Counted from the stretch's first letter, positions 1 to 16,511 are shown. The stretch: DNA of 64,000 bases from Eledone cirrhosa (GCA_964016885.1 OZ024749.1:23746001-23810000), one strand, 5' to 3'. Numbers and translations are program-made. The notes: generated by a model from the letters alone, not told the origin.

Positions 1-377
1 GCGTGAGTCTTCAATTTACAAGTATGGAAACATACATGCAATACATACATACATATAAATATATATATTTATACATATATATTATATATATATAAATATA
101 TATATATATTTATATATATATACATATATATATATGTATGTATGTATATATATATATGTGTGTTTGCATGTATATGTGTCTATGTATATTGATTTTTGTC
201 ACCACACAATTCTCACGTCGGCAATACGAACTTGGATGTATAGATTATTTCTTACCAAGGGAACAACAAGAGAACTATTTTCAATAACCAACATTGATAT
301 TCTATAAGAGTCAGATCCATAGTGCTAATAAGAGAATATATGTTATATATACATATATATATATTAGAATCTTGCAT

Positions 378-490
<113 letters not shown>

Positions 491-819
491 TATAATCTTG
501 CATGTCTTTAAAGTATATCGCTTAGTTTAAGTATCGGAGGAGCTGAGCTCTTGTAAGATGGTGGACGTGGTTCGGTCTTTAAACGGCTATGTACTGTCAA
601 ATCCCATTTGTGTTGTAACCTTTTACAGTGCCGCTTTTCAGCTTTCTCTACTTCCATGCCCTTTTACATCCTTTACATTTATTATTCTGCACTATATATA
701 TTTATATATATATATGCATACATATGTACGCTTGTGTATGTGGGCGAATATACATGTGTATATTTGTAATTGTAAATTTATATATACATATACATATACT
801 TTTACATATACATATGAAT

Positions 820-861
<42 letters not shown>

Positions 862-879
862 ATATATTATTATGTATAT

Positions 880-953
<74 letters not shown>

Positions 954-1090
954 AAAGGCGAAGGAAATAAATGCGAAAGAGCGTTTGTGAATACATACTG
1001 TCTCCCTGAAACGATTTTTACAATTCCATCAGTTCCCCAATCTCTCTGTTCTTCGAAACTCCACAACGCATGAGTGTATGTAAATATAAT

Positions 1091-1123
<33 letters not shown>

Positions 1124-1182
1124 GTAAATATAATAATATATTTTAATATATGTATACATGTATATATATGCCTGTCTGTTTT

Positions 1183-1261
<79 letters not shown>

Positions 1262-1278
1262 TCACATATGTATATATA

Positions 1279-1343
<65 letters not shown>

Positions 1344-1346
1344 TGT

Positions 1347-1381
<35 letters not shown>

Positions 1382-1689
1382 TAAGGATAGTGAAAGAGGA
1401 AAGAAAGTGGTATATAGTTAGATATGCGTGTGTATTGTGTGAGTATTATGGTTTGTCTGTAGTCTCTAGCTGATCGAATAACCTCATACAAGTCGCTATA
1501 TTAATTCATAAGTTTAACTGCACTCAAACGTATATGCTTGTGTAGCATAGACCCTTTATTTCTTCTTTACATTATTTTTCCAGTTATTTTTTTAGTCGAT
1601 CTACTTATGTCAAATCGGACCGAGGAAACAACGTTTTTTTTCCGTTCCTCTTTCCAATTGCTAATACTATCTATCGGTAGCAACTCCAG

Positions 1690-1813
1690 GTAGAAGGGGC
1701 AACGTGAAATAAAGTGTCTTCTTGCTCAAGGACATAAGCATCGCCCATTCCGGGAATCGAACTCACATCTTCACGATTGTGAATCCAATTCTCTTACCCT
1801 CAGCCACGCGCCT
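1690..1813 (-). mobile_element. tRNA-derived SINE (5' tRNA-like head plus central conserved-domain-like segment)
   Basis: The minus strand reads GGCGCGTGGCTGAGGG (A box)...GAGTTCGATTCCC (B box)...GTCCTTGAGCAAGAAGACACTTTATTTCACGTTGC. A related decayed copy lies near 60430-60540. Confidence 0.75.
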
Positions 1814-1959
1814 TCACTTAGATGTATTTGCCCATGAAAGTTACCTGTAATTTGCTGCTTATTGCAAAGACACATGTTCCTTTAACCTAACTCTCGGGGA
1901 GAGATATATATACAGAGCGATGCAATATGTACGAAGAATAGCCATTGGAATTACAGGTA

Positions 1960-2135
1960 CAATGCATCTGAAAGCTTCCACACAGTTTCTATCTAATCAA
2001 TTTCACTCACAAGTGAAATGTTAACACGAGGCTATGACATCTATCATTGGAGCTTGGCGTCACAGAGTTGCAATAGTACCCACAGTCTAATACATGTTAT
2101 GGCAATTTCTTAAGGATTTAGCCATGCTGCAGGCA
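1960..2135 (-). mobile_element. Decayed SINE fragment
   Basis: AGCTTCCACACAGTTTCTATCTAATCAATTTCACTCACAAG resembles a common octopus SINE body (recalled, not searched). Confidence 0.4.
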
Positions 2136-2475
2136 CTAAGTGTGTGTGCGTTTGCGTATGTATGTGTGAGAGAGTGTTTGTACGTGTGGATGAGAGTGTC
2201 AAAATGAGTGCTAGTGTATGTTTATTTGAGAGAGTTTCTGTATGTGTCTGAATGAGTGTGTGAGTGTTTGTGTGTGTGGGTAAGAGTATGAGTGTACATG
2301 AGAGAGTGTGTGTATTTGGGTGTGCGAGAATGAGTTAGTGTATATGTGTGAGAGAGTGTTTGTATGTCCGTGTGTGTTTGTGATTGTAAGTGGTTGTGAA
2401 TGTGAGAGAGTGTGAGTGTTTGGATGTAAGAGAGTGAGTTAGTGAGTGTGTGTAAGACAGACACAGATAGAGATA

Positions 2476-2522
<47 letters not shown>

Positions 2523-3195
2523 CGTGTGTGTACGTGTGTGTGTGGGAGGGGGGTGAGAGAGAGAGAGAGTTAGTATGTGTGTGTGTGTGTGTCTGTGTAT
2601 GTGTTTGTGTGTGTAGGAATGTCAGAAAATAATCCTCAATCAATAGTGATATAGGAACAAATATATTTTATTGGATATTTTGGTTCAACGAAGGTCAGGC
2701 TGTAAAGGCTGAATAACAATAGCATCACAGCAACGCGAGGTAGTGTAACAACTGTGAGACACAAAAGATACAGATACTACATATACAGTGTTACGTCATA
2801 CGCCATTTTGTAAACGACCAAGCGGAAACCAACAAAATGGCAATCACAGGGCGTTTGTTTGCGGTGGAGTTCTTATTATTGTTCGTGCGTTTGTTGTTAT
2901 ATATTCTGTGGTTTTTACAATTGTTATTGTGGTTATTGTTGTAGTTGTTATTGACACTGTCGTTAAGATTTGGTTGAAAGAGTTTAATGAACGAATCGCC
3001 GCTTTAATGTTTAGCTTGCCGACATATCTCTCGGCATATATGAGCGGCAAGCGTGGATCTTTAACTTCCTGTTGCTATGGAATATTTCCATGATGTTTTA
3101 AGGCTCGTAATATGCGTTGCCTTTATCTACATAAGTGCTATGACTGCACGAATAGTGCCACCAATATATATATATATAAACAGAGATACACACAA

Positions 3196-3250
<55 letters not shown>

Positions 3251-3413
3251 TATATGTATATGTGTGTGCGTGTGTGTGTTGTGTTGTAGATTTATGGATA
3301 TAAAAGTAACAAGAGGCACTTACGTATATTTTTACATATAGCAGATTCGTATTTGTGAAGTACAGCATTGTCGGCATATGGAATTCAGCTGAGAAGAAAA
3401 GATGGTGCAGTTA

Positions 3414-3468
<55 letters not shown>

Positions 3469-3722
3469 TACATGTTATCTGAGTTTTTCGAATATTAAAT
3501 TAATAATAATATTCGATTCGTCTGCAATTATGCAAACAACCTCATTTTTAAAGCCATGTCAGTAGAATGGCTCAAATATACATGACTGGTCACCCTGATT
3601 TGCATAATAGCAGACTGGCTAGATGGTTTCACGAGCGATTAATGGGCAGTTTCGCCATATTCAAATAAATAAGAATGTATGTATATATATATATATATAT
3701 ATATAGACATACTTATATATAT

Positions 3723-3923
3723 ATTAAAAGGTAATTCTTTAAAGCTTTAAAGAATTATCTTTTAATGAATTTCCTTTTCTTTAAACCAATCAACTAATGA
3801 CCTCCAGCCATTCGAGTCCGCACCCTCTCCTACCACCAGAAAAGATATAAATACCACCGCATTTACTTGGACAGTCAGCTTCCTGATGATTTGTCACGAA
3901 TGAAACACTTCTAGTCATGTAGA

Positions 3924-3928
<5 letters not shown>
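3723..3928 (+). mobile_element. (TA)n-embedded short element, family A (Penelope-like terminus), with a 5' 44-bp palindrome
   Basis: Flanked by (TA)n. Homologous to 62520-62712. Starts with an inverted repeat centred on AAGCTT (3723-3766) and ends in a hammerhead motif. Confidence 0.65.
3877..3927 (+). ncRNA. Minimal type-I hammerhead ribozyme, family A (partly decayed helices II and III)
   Basis: agcttc-CTGATGA-tttgtcacgaat-GAAAC-acttctagtcat-GTA-gaagtt. Helix I is agcttc/gaagtt. Confidence 0.7.
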
Positions 3929-3973
<45 letters not shown>

Positions 3974-4094
3974 TAACTGCACCATATATATATATATATA
4001 TATATATTTAATTTGAAGACTAAAATCCAAAGAGGGCTCGATAAGGATAAATATATATCAAATATATAAGAACCGTAGAGCAAATATTTATTAA

Positions 4095-4144
4095 AGTTTA
4101 AGCAAAGAATCGCTGCTTTCACCCTTAACGGGTCTTCTGAAACT
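4095..4144 (-). ncRNA. Hammerhead-like motif, family H (CAGAAGA core variant)
   Basis: Minus strand: agttt-CAGAAGA-cccgttaagggt-GAA-agca..tgct-T-aaact. Further copies at 9672-9721(-) and 11526-11575(+). Confidence 0.5.
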
Positions 4145-4189
4145 AACAAAGTCAATCTGTAACCGCAGAAGTGGATATTTCAAAAAAAC

Positions 4190-4495
4190 GTTGCAACCGG
4201 AGAAAGACAGGAAGACGATACTTTGGTTCGTGGAAACATTCCCTGGCAAAGAACGGGAAAAAACGAATATGATACGTCATTAATAGGAGCGGTGAAAAAC
4301 AATTACGCACAAAGACAGAACCACGTTTATGGTATAAAAGGTCGTAGACTAATGTTCTCTTAGGTGGTTCATAGAGACGTTCTCTGACAATGAACGAAAA
4401 ACGAAGATAATACGTCATATGTGGAGCGTGGAGAACAATTGCACGCAAAGACAAAACCACGTAAATGGTATAGCTGAAGTCGCAGACTAAAATTC
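4190..4495. repeat. Degenerate tandem duplication (~140-bp unit)
   Basis: AACGAA..ATACGTCAT..GGAGCG..AACAATT.CGCA.AAAGAC..AACCACGT..ATGGTATA..GTCG.AGACTAA occurs at ~4250-4352 and ~4392-4490. Confidence 0.7.
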
Positions 4496-5084
4496 TAACT
4501 AGGAGACCGAATGAATCTCCGCACCAGAGTTAAGAATAAAGAAAATAAATACAATACAGAGGTAATAGAAATTAAATAAATACATACACGCATACAAATA
4601 CGTACATACACCAGCATACGGGAAAACACTTACCATAGGCATACAAAACCACGCACATATAAATATGTGTCTGTGTGTGCGTGTATACAAGTAAATAAAT
4701 AATTAAATAAAGGTATATAAATAAATAAATACGTATATAACAAGCGCACACACATACCTACATGTAAATACACAAATGTTCGGAGACGTAAGTCAACCAA
4801 AACATAAAGTACACATATACACACACCCTACATACGTACGAACCTGCATACTCACACAGACGCAACACTTCTGTATACACATAACCAAACCATATGTACC
4901 AGAATATATAAAATTATACGCCATGGCGTATATATATATATAGTTAGGGAAGCAGAAAATTGCTTTTTGTGATCCACTTCGTGGTTAAGAAAGCCAGTTT
5001 CATGGATGGTTTCAACGTACGGTTAGGGGTAACTCCACAAGTTTGTAAGAATTCCGTTCAATCTTGGAGTATAAAGTATAAACG

Positions 5085-5450
5085 AGAAAACACAGGTAAT
5101 CATTAAGAGAAGGACTTTATCCAGGTATTTACGACCGTTTCATTGGTAAGTGCAACCTTATATTGCTATACTGCAAATAGCAGCCACTCAATTATAATTG
5201 TTTGTCCCCTCACGTTCTGATTCCTCTCTCTCTATACTAGTAAATACAATTCCAAATAAATGTTTTTCACTATATATTAAGAACTACTTCAAGAGTAACT
5301 TACTCACTATTTTGAAAATTTGGACTGTGAACAACAATTATAATTGAGTGGCTGCTATTTGCAGTATAGCACTATAAGGTTGCACTTACCAATGAAACGG
5401 TCGTAAATATCTGAATAAAATCCTTCTCTTAATGCTTACCTGTGTTTTCT
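5085..5450. mobile_element. Fold-back element next to (TA)n, with a 3' half hammerhead (GAAACGGTC)
   Basis: Inverted arms 5085-5202 and 5333-5450 with scattered mismatches and a ~130-bp spacer. Confidence 0.7.
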
Positions 5451-5466
5451 ATTTTATATATATATA

Positions 5467-5578
<112 letters not shown>

Positions 5579-6775
5579 AATGTATATGTGAGTCTCGGTT
5601 TCAATCGACAGTAACCACAGTTGTTAAAATACTCAATACATTAGTAGAGTATACAAATGTATTGCTATTTCTACATATATTACTGTATGTGCTGCATTCG
5701 ATGTATTATATATTAAATTGAAATCACCATTGCAATTTCAAATGTAAAATTATGTTTGATATTAAGGATAGTGTTGAATCAACTGCTGCCTTGAATTACT
5801 CGCATAACACTCTTTACATATTTTAATGTACTCTTTTCAATGGATGCAAAAATAAAGCCATACATATGCAACGGGTTAATAAGAAGGGACAGAACAAGAA
5901 AGAGGGGAGATAATTCAATGTGAGATGATATGATGGTCCATGCTTTCAACTTTCTGACAATTATTGGTCAGGAAAGCATGAAGCCGAAGAAATTTCCATT
6001 GATAAGGTAGAATATTGTTTGCGATTTCGTTTAAGAATTTCAATTAAAAAGGTCTAAGATATTGCGCTACGTTTGCTACTCTGTTTAAAGTCATGAAGAC
6101 GTAGCAATAGAGAAGGAAACTCCTCAGAACAATTTCCAGGATCATTTGATACTACAAATGTTTAAATTAACCTTCCACAGACTCGCAGCCACATTTCTGA
6201 TACAATTTATCGAATGATATTCTACCCCACGTCCATATTCCCAATTTCTGATATATGCTTATGTCTAGAATCGAGCTATAGTAAAAATAAATATACCTAC
6301 CAAACATGCACTGGTTTCGAACATAAAATACCATATGCTCTTTTTAAACACGTCCTCGAAGAATCCCTGCATATTTGAGGGTTCGCATCTTTATATCTTA
6401 CTCAATTATCATTTACCACATTTTTAGGTCGTCTCGTGCCCTGGAATTCAATCTGGACAGGAAAAACTGTATGCAGACCTGTCGAAGGGACAGTAAATGT
6501 TAAGTAATTCAAATGTCTATCCTCGTCAGACAGCGCCTCACTGAATCTCCCTGAGATGTCCGTTGATGATATACGTCAATATGGAATACCCGGTCAAGTA
6601 CACATCTATTTCGTAAGCTGGTCTCCCTTAATCGAACAGTTAGAACATTCAAGGTCGAAAACCCCGGAGGTCCTGACTACGCCAGCTCCTGCATTTACTT
6701 CAACCTCGCATAACTCAGGACTACGGCCGCCCTGAGATAATCCTTCATCTTCTTCAGTATATATATACATATATA

Positions 6776-7622
6776 TGATGGACTCTTCCGTCGATATCCG
6801 CCGTATGAGTGTCCAACAAAAGTTCAGCTCTCTGGATGGCGGTGTCTCATGTGACATTTCAATCCCACCAGTGACCCACCGACCAAGCTGCATAGGTCGC
6901 AAGAGCAAGAGTTTATGGAGAGATTTGCAGGTTTCAAGGCCCGTTGCTTGGTCCCTGTTCGGTCGACACGTAATTTGTCCATGCGACTCGATTCAAAACT
7001 CTTGATCACACTATTACTCCTTTCTGTCCTGTCCTTTCTGTCAACAGCAATTTCTTCGCAATCACGAAAAGGGATTGTAAGAGAGTGCAATTTGATTTCA
7101 ACTTATATCGTAACCATAGTCCACCAACATTCCTGTTACTGCTGCTAAGCTGACAATACATGAGGACTTTTGGAATTCTGTCGTCACTCATGCCGATGAC
7201 ATGGTCAGCCCAACGAACCTGAGATTGCATAAGGAACGTTTCAATACCCTCACTGTTGCATTTGGTTAGGATGTCGGCGTTGGAGATTTTATCTTCTCGT
7301 ACATGACCACAGATGGATTTCAAACATCCCTTGTGGAACACATCCAGCTGGTTTGTGTGTGACCAGTATGATGTCCAGGATTCGGATCCATAAACAAAGT
7401 GGTGAGAACAACTACCTTATACACTTGCACTTTCGTATTTAGTTTTATACCCTTTTCATTCCAAAGAAGATGATTGAGTTTACCAAACGCAGAGGATCTT
7501 TGGAGGTGCGGTGGGTGACTTCGTCATCCAGGGAAGCACTGCGGTTCACTTTGCTTCCTAAGTATGTGAAATTATCAACGTACCTGAGTAGCATGTCCTC
7601 TACAATGATTCTGTTAAGTGGA
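6776..7622 (-). mobile_element. 5'-truncated RTE-clade LINE (end of RT and C-terminal region)
   Basis: VDNFTYLGS near 7560-7585. ORF 7006-7341 has QVRWADHVIGMSDDRIPKVLMY. The 3' end abuts (TA)n. Confidence 0.85.
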
Positions 7623-7706
7623 ATATCTATCTATCTATATATATATATAATTTCCTTTATATATATATACACACACTATGTGCAAAGTCAAATTTTCGAG
7701 TTTTGA

Positions 7707-7746
<40 letters not shown>

Positions 7747-8519
7747 ATGTGTGTGTGGAAACATGCATTGATTGATTACACGGCATTCGTTCCCGATTCA
7801 TATTCCACTCAGTAAAAATGAGAAACCCTCCAAGATTCTTCATTTGTGTTTCATCTATATAAACGAGAAAAAAAAAGAAATTCGCTTCCTTTTCAAATAT
7901 AGCCATATTTAACAAAGTTGGTTTATTTAACGAATTCAGGAAAATAATAAATATTATTTATTGTCATGTTCCTTTTGGTTTCCTTGTTCTATTTATTCAT
8001 ATTTATTTATTTATTTCTAACAGTTTTCTTTATGCTAAAGAATCTGTTGCTACAATAAACTTTCCTGAATAAATCTAATTCTCAAAGAATATTTCCTTTT
8101 GTTTATAACAATTATTAATATATTTTTCAAAACATTTTTAACACAGTTCATTCAACTTGTATTCAAATAAATGTCCATATGGTTTTCACTACATGAAGTG
8201 CACGAAATTATAAAATGGTTAAAATCGAACACATTCAAAAGCCATTTATAAACAAGTAAGTTTAAAATTGGACTCATTATTTAGACGACTCTGTCTCGTA
8301 CTTGGCCGGTGTTAAAAGCAAATGATTAGCTTGCTCTCTACTGGAGTACATACGTGCACATTTGAATATTCCAAATGTCTATTCTATTGCCAAGTCAATT
8401 AATACATCATTTATAATGCATCTCAATCACTTTTCGATCGATATTATTTTCAGCGTTATTGAGTTGGGTTAGTCTAGTTGAATAATTGGCTAAATATACA
8501 TTTTGATACATTACAATAC

Positions 8520-9385
8520 ACTACACTAAACCAAACTTCAGTAAAGTATAATGCAGTACAGCATAGTGCAGCATGGTACACTATAGTGTACTACAGTACA
8601 ATAAAGGAGAGTGCGGTATGATACAATAGACTACCGTACAGTATAGTGCACTATGATACAATTATAGTGCAGTACATATAGTGTAATATGATACAATATA
8701 TTACAGTTCAATACATTATAGTGCAGTATGATACAATATAGTGTAGTACAGTACAGTACAGTACAGTAAAGTACAGTATAGCACAATATAGTACAGTACA
8801 GTATAGTTCAGTATGGTACAATACAGTACAGCACTGTGTAGAACAATATGATAAAATATAGTGCAATACAGTAAAGTGCAGTATGATACAATATATCACA
8901 GTGGAATACACCACAGTAAAATGTATTGCAGTACTGTAGACTACACTACCATACAGTACTGTACAGTGTAAATACAGTATGGTAAGTACCCTACCCCAGA
9001 CTAAACTGTATTGCAGTACTGTAGACTACACTACATTACAGTACAGTGTAAAGTACAGTATGGTACAGTAGACTACACCACAGTAAATTGTATAGCAGTA
9101 CTGTAGACTACACTCTATTACAGTACAGTGTAAAGTACAGTATGGTACAGTACCTTACCCCACAGTAAAGTGTCATGCAGTGCGGTAGAGTAGATTTATA
9201 GTAGTGTACAATACAGTAGAGTATAGTACCGTAGGATATATTAGAGTACTTTAGAATAGAATACAACACAATACAATTTAGTACAGTGATGTACTGTACA
9301 TAACATTACATTACACTACGATACGGTACAGTATTGTACAATACAGTATAGTAGCAGTAGGCTACATTACTGTGCCATACTGTAC
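8520..9385. repeat. Degenerate pentanucleotide (CAGTA-like) satellite with a ~75-bp higher-order unit
   Basis: Runs of ACAGT/ATAGT/GCAGT. GCAGTACTGTAGACTACACT recurs at ~8928, ~9013 and ~9095. Confidence 0.85.
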
Positions 9386-9441
9386 AGGCATCATACCAAT
9401 TCGTTTAAATAAATTTAGAAACAATTAACATAAAAATATGC

Positions 9442-9478
<37 letters not shown>

Positions 9479-9480
9479 AG

Positions 9481-9631
9481 TTATTCCGGGTTGAATCGGA
9501 GGTAACCACAGTAAGTAAGGTACTCAATGGATAGCAGAGTATAAAAGTTTTAATATAGAAGAGCTTCTACAGGACTAGAACTGTTTCATTCGTGAGAAAT
9601 CATCAGGAGCTTCCTGATGATTTCTCACGAA
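9481..9631 (-). mobile_element. Family A element with a hammerhead (9561-9613) and a fold-back junction in helix I
   Basis: Minus strand: CTGATGA-tttctcacgaat-GAAAC-ag-ttctagtc-ct-GTA-gaagctc. Palindrome 9589-9631 is centred on GGAGCTTCC. Confidence 0.8.
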
Positions 9632-10469
9632 ATATATATGTATATATGTATATATTAAAATAACAGATTAAAGTTTAAGCAAATAATTGCTGCTTTCACC
9701 CTTAACGGGATCTTCTGAAATCTCTATATATATATATATTTATCCTTCATATCTATTTTTTATTCATATGTATCACACTCACAACAACGGGGACGCCATT
9801 TTTTCATTTATATATATTTTTTCCCCTCGCTGTGGTTCGTCATTTTCTATCACCTTAGTGCTATCCTCTTTCTCTCACCCCTTCTCTCTCATTGTACCTC
9901 TTGCTTTCATTCACTCCCTCTGCTGGTCACACTCACTCGGCTGGCCTCTTCCTCCCACATTCACTCACTCACTCCCTGCTGCTCCCCCTCTCTCACTTCC
10001 TCCCGTCTGACCTGTGTGAAATCCTTTTCTCGCTCACATTTCGCAGGGTTAGGACACCTGTGACGTCTTCTCGTCGTTGATTTGGTCGAACTTAAGTTCA
10101 CATGTATCACTGACTTGTCGCTCATTTCCTCTCTTTACGTTTCATTACTACTTTTGTTTGTTTACTGTCCCACTTTCTCCACCCAATTCGCTCTGTCTCA
10201 ATATCTTATTTTAGTTATTGCTCGCACTGATTTTGATGTATCTGGTCTTTAATGCGAAGAAATATCGATGATAGTCAGAAGATCACTGATGATGGACAGT
10301 CCCGTTTCTCGCTCTATTTTTCATTCATATGTATCACACTCGCAACAACGCGCACGCCATTTTTTTTATTCATATATATATATCCCCCACCTACCCCTCA
10401 CTCTCCTGAGCGTGAACTTAATAAACATTTATTGTACTGCCTCTCTGTTCTGTCCCTGTTCAATTTTTC

Positions 10470-10590
<121 letters not shown>

Positions 10591-10675
10591 AAAAGGTAAA
10601 CAGAAATAAAAATACAATCTGTACAGTATATGGAAGGGATATATTAGCTTAACGTTTGATATAGCAGGCAGATGG

Positions 10676-10710
10676 TCTTAACGTTTCGGACGCTAGACCT
10701 TCATCAGAAA
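10676..10710 (-). ncRNA. Minimal Penelope-type hammerhead ribozyme
   Basis: ttt-CTGATGA-aggtctagcgtcc-GAAA-cg-TTA-aga, with palindromic AACGTT as helix III. Lies in an island between (TA)n tracts. Confidence 0.7.
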
Positions 10711-10748
10711 AAAGAATGAGAAATAAGATAGATTAAGGGGATGGGCGG

Positions 10749-10791
<43 letters not shown>

Positions 10792-11070
10792 TGCATAGAA
10801 ACGTGTATGTATGTTTGCATACACACACACACACATACACACACGTATATATATATGCATATATATATATATATATGCATATATATATATATATATGTGT
10901 GTGTGTATATGTATGTAAATGTTCATATATGTGTATTATAATTGATATGCATAATTACATGTATGCATATATATATACACACATATATATATGTAATAGA
11001 GACAGTTTACTATGTAGAGTTGTATATATATAAATAAATAAATAAACATATATATGTGTGCTTTGTGTGC

Positions 11071-11144
<74 letters not shown>

Positions 11145-11597
11145 TGTGCGTGTAGGAATGTCTTTTTGATTACATTTTTTTTCGTACATATATTTTCATC
11201 CATGACTTATGTAACCTATTTTATTTTGGGAAACAATCTGAAACTTTGTTTCACACATGGAAACAATGTAGAAAAATATGGAAAGATAACGGCAACCATT
11301 CCACATAGATGGAATAGCAGAAATGATGACAGCACAAACACTAATACGTTACACAGGCGCACTCACACATATGTGCATAAATATAGATACAGTACATAAA
11401 TATGTGTCGTTTGCTTCGTAATTCCTGTTTGCCTATCGTATATATGTATATATATATTAATAATAATAAATGTGAAGACTATAATCCAAAGAGTACTCGA
11501 TAAGGATAAATATATATATAGAGAGATTTCAGAAGATCCCGTTAAGGGTGAATGTTGCAGTTCTTTGCTTAAACTTTAATCTGTTATTTTAATATAT

Positions 11598-11666
<69 letters not shown>

Positions 11667-11679
11667 TATATATATATAC

Positions 11680-11858
11680 AGGAACGAGTAGGACCCCGAC
11701 GTCTGAGCTCAAGCCGTTTCAACGGCTAATTCAGCCGTCGAAACGGCTTGAGCTCAGCCGTCGGGGTCCTACTCGCTCCTATTACCTACTCTACTACCCT
11801 ATGTATTGAGTACTTTGGTGCGTTATGGTCCTCCTGGTTCCTTACCACATTTCCTTCG

Positions 11859-11861
<3 letters not shown>
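11680..11861 (+). mobile_element. Family F fold-back element carrying two inverted 3' half-hammerheads
   Basis: Near-perfect palindrome 11680-11780. Each arm has GAAA-cggc-ttgagctca-g(c/a)cg-TC-ggggtc. Both flanks are (TA)n. Confidence 0.8.
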
Positions 11862-11900
<39 letters not shown>

Positions 11901-11913
11901 TTCTGATATAGAA

Positions 11914-11966
11914 GTGCTTCTACAGGACTAGAACTGTTTCATTCGTGAGAAATAATCAGGAGCTTC
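11914..11966 (-). ncRNA. Family A hammerhead, core mutated to CTGATTA
   Basis: Nearly identical to 9561-9613 except for G8>T in the core. Confidence 0.65.
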
Positions 11967-11984
11967 AACAGATTTCTTCCAAGG

Positions 11985-12147
11985 AGAGGAGGATCAGCCC
12001 CAGTACTATACTTGTACTTTTTGTATTGACCTCGAAACGGAAAATGGCAAATTTGACCTAGGTGGGATTTGAACTTAGAGAGCAGCGAGCCAGACCCTAT
12101 ACCACAAAGCATTATGACGTTCTAATGATTCTGCCAATTCGCCGTCT
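11985..12147 (-). mobile_element. tRNA-derived SINE (octopus-like main family), decayed
   Basis: GGGATTTGAACT (reverse complement of B box) and TTCTGCCAATTCGCCG (reverse complement of the 5' end). Homologous to 28656-28838. Confidence 0.75.
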
Positions 12148-13377
12148 GTGATTTACTTGATATATGGCTGTTATATCTAGCATGTCGGCTCGACTCGTTT
12201 GCTCAATCTATCAATGTACATATTTTTATTTTAATTGCTTCCTCCACAGCTTCAGGAATCTGTTAGAAATAACAGCAATAACTCCAAAGGTAAGCTACTT
12301 TGCTGTATTTAAAATATAAACAAGACATTAGGTAATATATCCGCAGAAAACGTTATAGGAAAATGAGATCGGATGCTTTTTGCAACAGCGCTTTGTCTAT
12401 AGAACCATTATAGATTAAATAACATAAAAAATAACTAAAGAATAACTGTTTACAGTTAATGCATGCGGACTATAAAACATATTACTTTTTGGAAGAAGTA
12501 TATATAAATACCGTAGTATATGCATTATAATTGTGGAAGCAACAATAGCTTCGGTGTTGTTTTCATTTTTATTTACAATTTAATAGTCAGCCATTATTGT
12601 GAGGAGAAAATGAAGAAATAAAAACAGCCATCAGCTTATTCCAAAAGGCGCCACTTTCTCTTTATTTTTTTTTCCAATTATAGAACGTTCTGTTGACGTT
12701 TGTTTAATTTCCTTACCGCGCTTTTAACATTGCAATTATTTGCATTATGTGCCTGCTTTGAATATTTTAAACTCTCATATTAACAACGCAAATATTATTA
12801 ACCTTCATTTTTTTTCTTTATAAATATCTTTAGCATTTAGTGTTCTATGATTTACAGATTCTTTTCTCTCATTGTGTAATATTTATTTTATTTTTATTTA
12901 TTTATTAAATTGTTTTTATATTTTTCATCTCTTATTTACGCTATTATATTTTTCTTTTTTTTTCCTTTCGTTTCCTATTATCGAACACTTCTGAAAGTGC
13001 ATTGTCGTTTGCGATATTTAATAAACTGCAAATCTAACTGACTGTCGAAGGGAATAACACAATAAAATAAAGAAATGTATTTTAAAAAACAACAACAAAT
13101 AATAGAGAAGGGAACACAATAAAACCCAAAACAAACACAGCAAATGCATGCACCAAGATTGCCATTAATTCAATTGTCAAACATTCATGACTAGATGAAA
13201 TGTAGTTGAATAAATTCATGTTTTAAACTGAATCTATTTAACCCTTAACCAACAAATGCATTCCACATATGTGTTGAATTGGTATATGCAACTCAGCATT
13301 TTCATCTATCTATACTTTCCATCTCACTCTCAGGCTTTCTCCATTTATCACTCACTTTACACACACAAACAGATATG

Positions 13378-13424
<47 letters not shown>

Positions 13425-13477
13425 CGTACATATCTGTCTGTGTGTGCAAAGAGAATGTATATGTATATATTTATATA

Positions 13478-15150
<1,673 letters not shown>

Positions 15151-15261
15151 ATAGTGTATTTACTCCACTTACTTGTTGAGTGCTTTATATCAGTTATAAC
15201 AATGTTTAAGCTTGTTGAATCCCAACAAATTAAATATAACCTCTCTTTCTCTCTCTCTCTA

Positions 15262-15407
<146 letters not shown>

Positions 15408-16458
15408 TACATATACACTCTCTTTACACACACAAACAGATATGTGTTGAAAGAGAGTGTAAAAATCGGACCAAACTAATAACCGCAACAAACAATCAAA
15501 CATTTACAAGAGTTACCCTCTCACACCCTGCCTAATCCTTTTTCTTAAATAAATTAAATATCATCCAACAAGAATTGCCTGCCCCTGCATATTAACTCTC
15601 TAAAAAGGAAAATCATATTAAACCTTAGTCCACCATTTGCCTCCATCATGGAATCATGGATCAACTAAGCACTCTTGCTATATTAACACATTTTGATCTG
15701 CATAACTTCAAGAACTATGCCTGTAAATAACATTATTTTTTCTTTTACATTGACTTGTTATGCTCTACATCACCCCCGTTTTTTTCTTTCTTCTTTTCTT
15801 TTTTCTTTTTTCTTTGTTTTCTTTTTTTCTTTTTTTTTCTTTTTTCTTTTTTCTTTTTTCTTTTTTCTTTTTTCTTTTCACTCCATAAACCTTGTTTGTA
15901 AATAACATTATTCTTTCTGCACCTTCTCTTTAACACGTGCGACATCACACTAATACATATCACTATCATTTGATAATGCATAAAAATGCTGAAACCGGTA
16001 ATAGACAATTATTAAATATATAAATAGTTAAATAAATGCCATTGTTAAATAATAAATAAATCAACTAATACCTTAACACTTCACATAAAGTAAAACATTT
16101 CGGTTTAATCATTTTCTAACCCAGAAAAGAGAGAGAGAGAAATAAAAAAGGAAAAAAACATGTTTGCCCTAATAATCGTCCCTTTCTCCCTGAGAGAGAG
16201 AGAGAGAGGCGGGCCAGTAATCCAGCAATGTGGCAGCATGTTACTACGTCCGTCTCTGGGACAAAAGCATATCAAACAGTTTTTCCTCTTTGTTTTTCTT
16301 TGTATGTTGCTTTAAAGCTTACCATCATTTCGTTGGTATACATCTATTACGCAATTTACTCCTGGTGAGATCACCGGGTTCTTACAATAATAAAAAAATT
16401 GTTTACAATAATAAAAAATCAAGGAAATTCAACATATGGCCTTCTGTCATCTCACTTT

Positions 16459-16511
<53 letters not shown>

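Noticed and set aside
9765-10400. Direct repeat (9765 and 10325) with CTGATGA near 10286
   Set aside because: No GAAA or helix III follows, so it cannot be assigned as a ribozyme.
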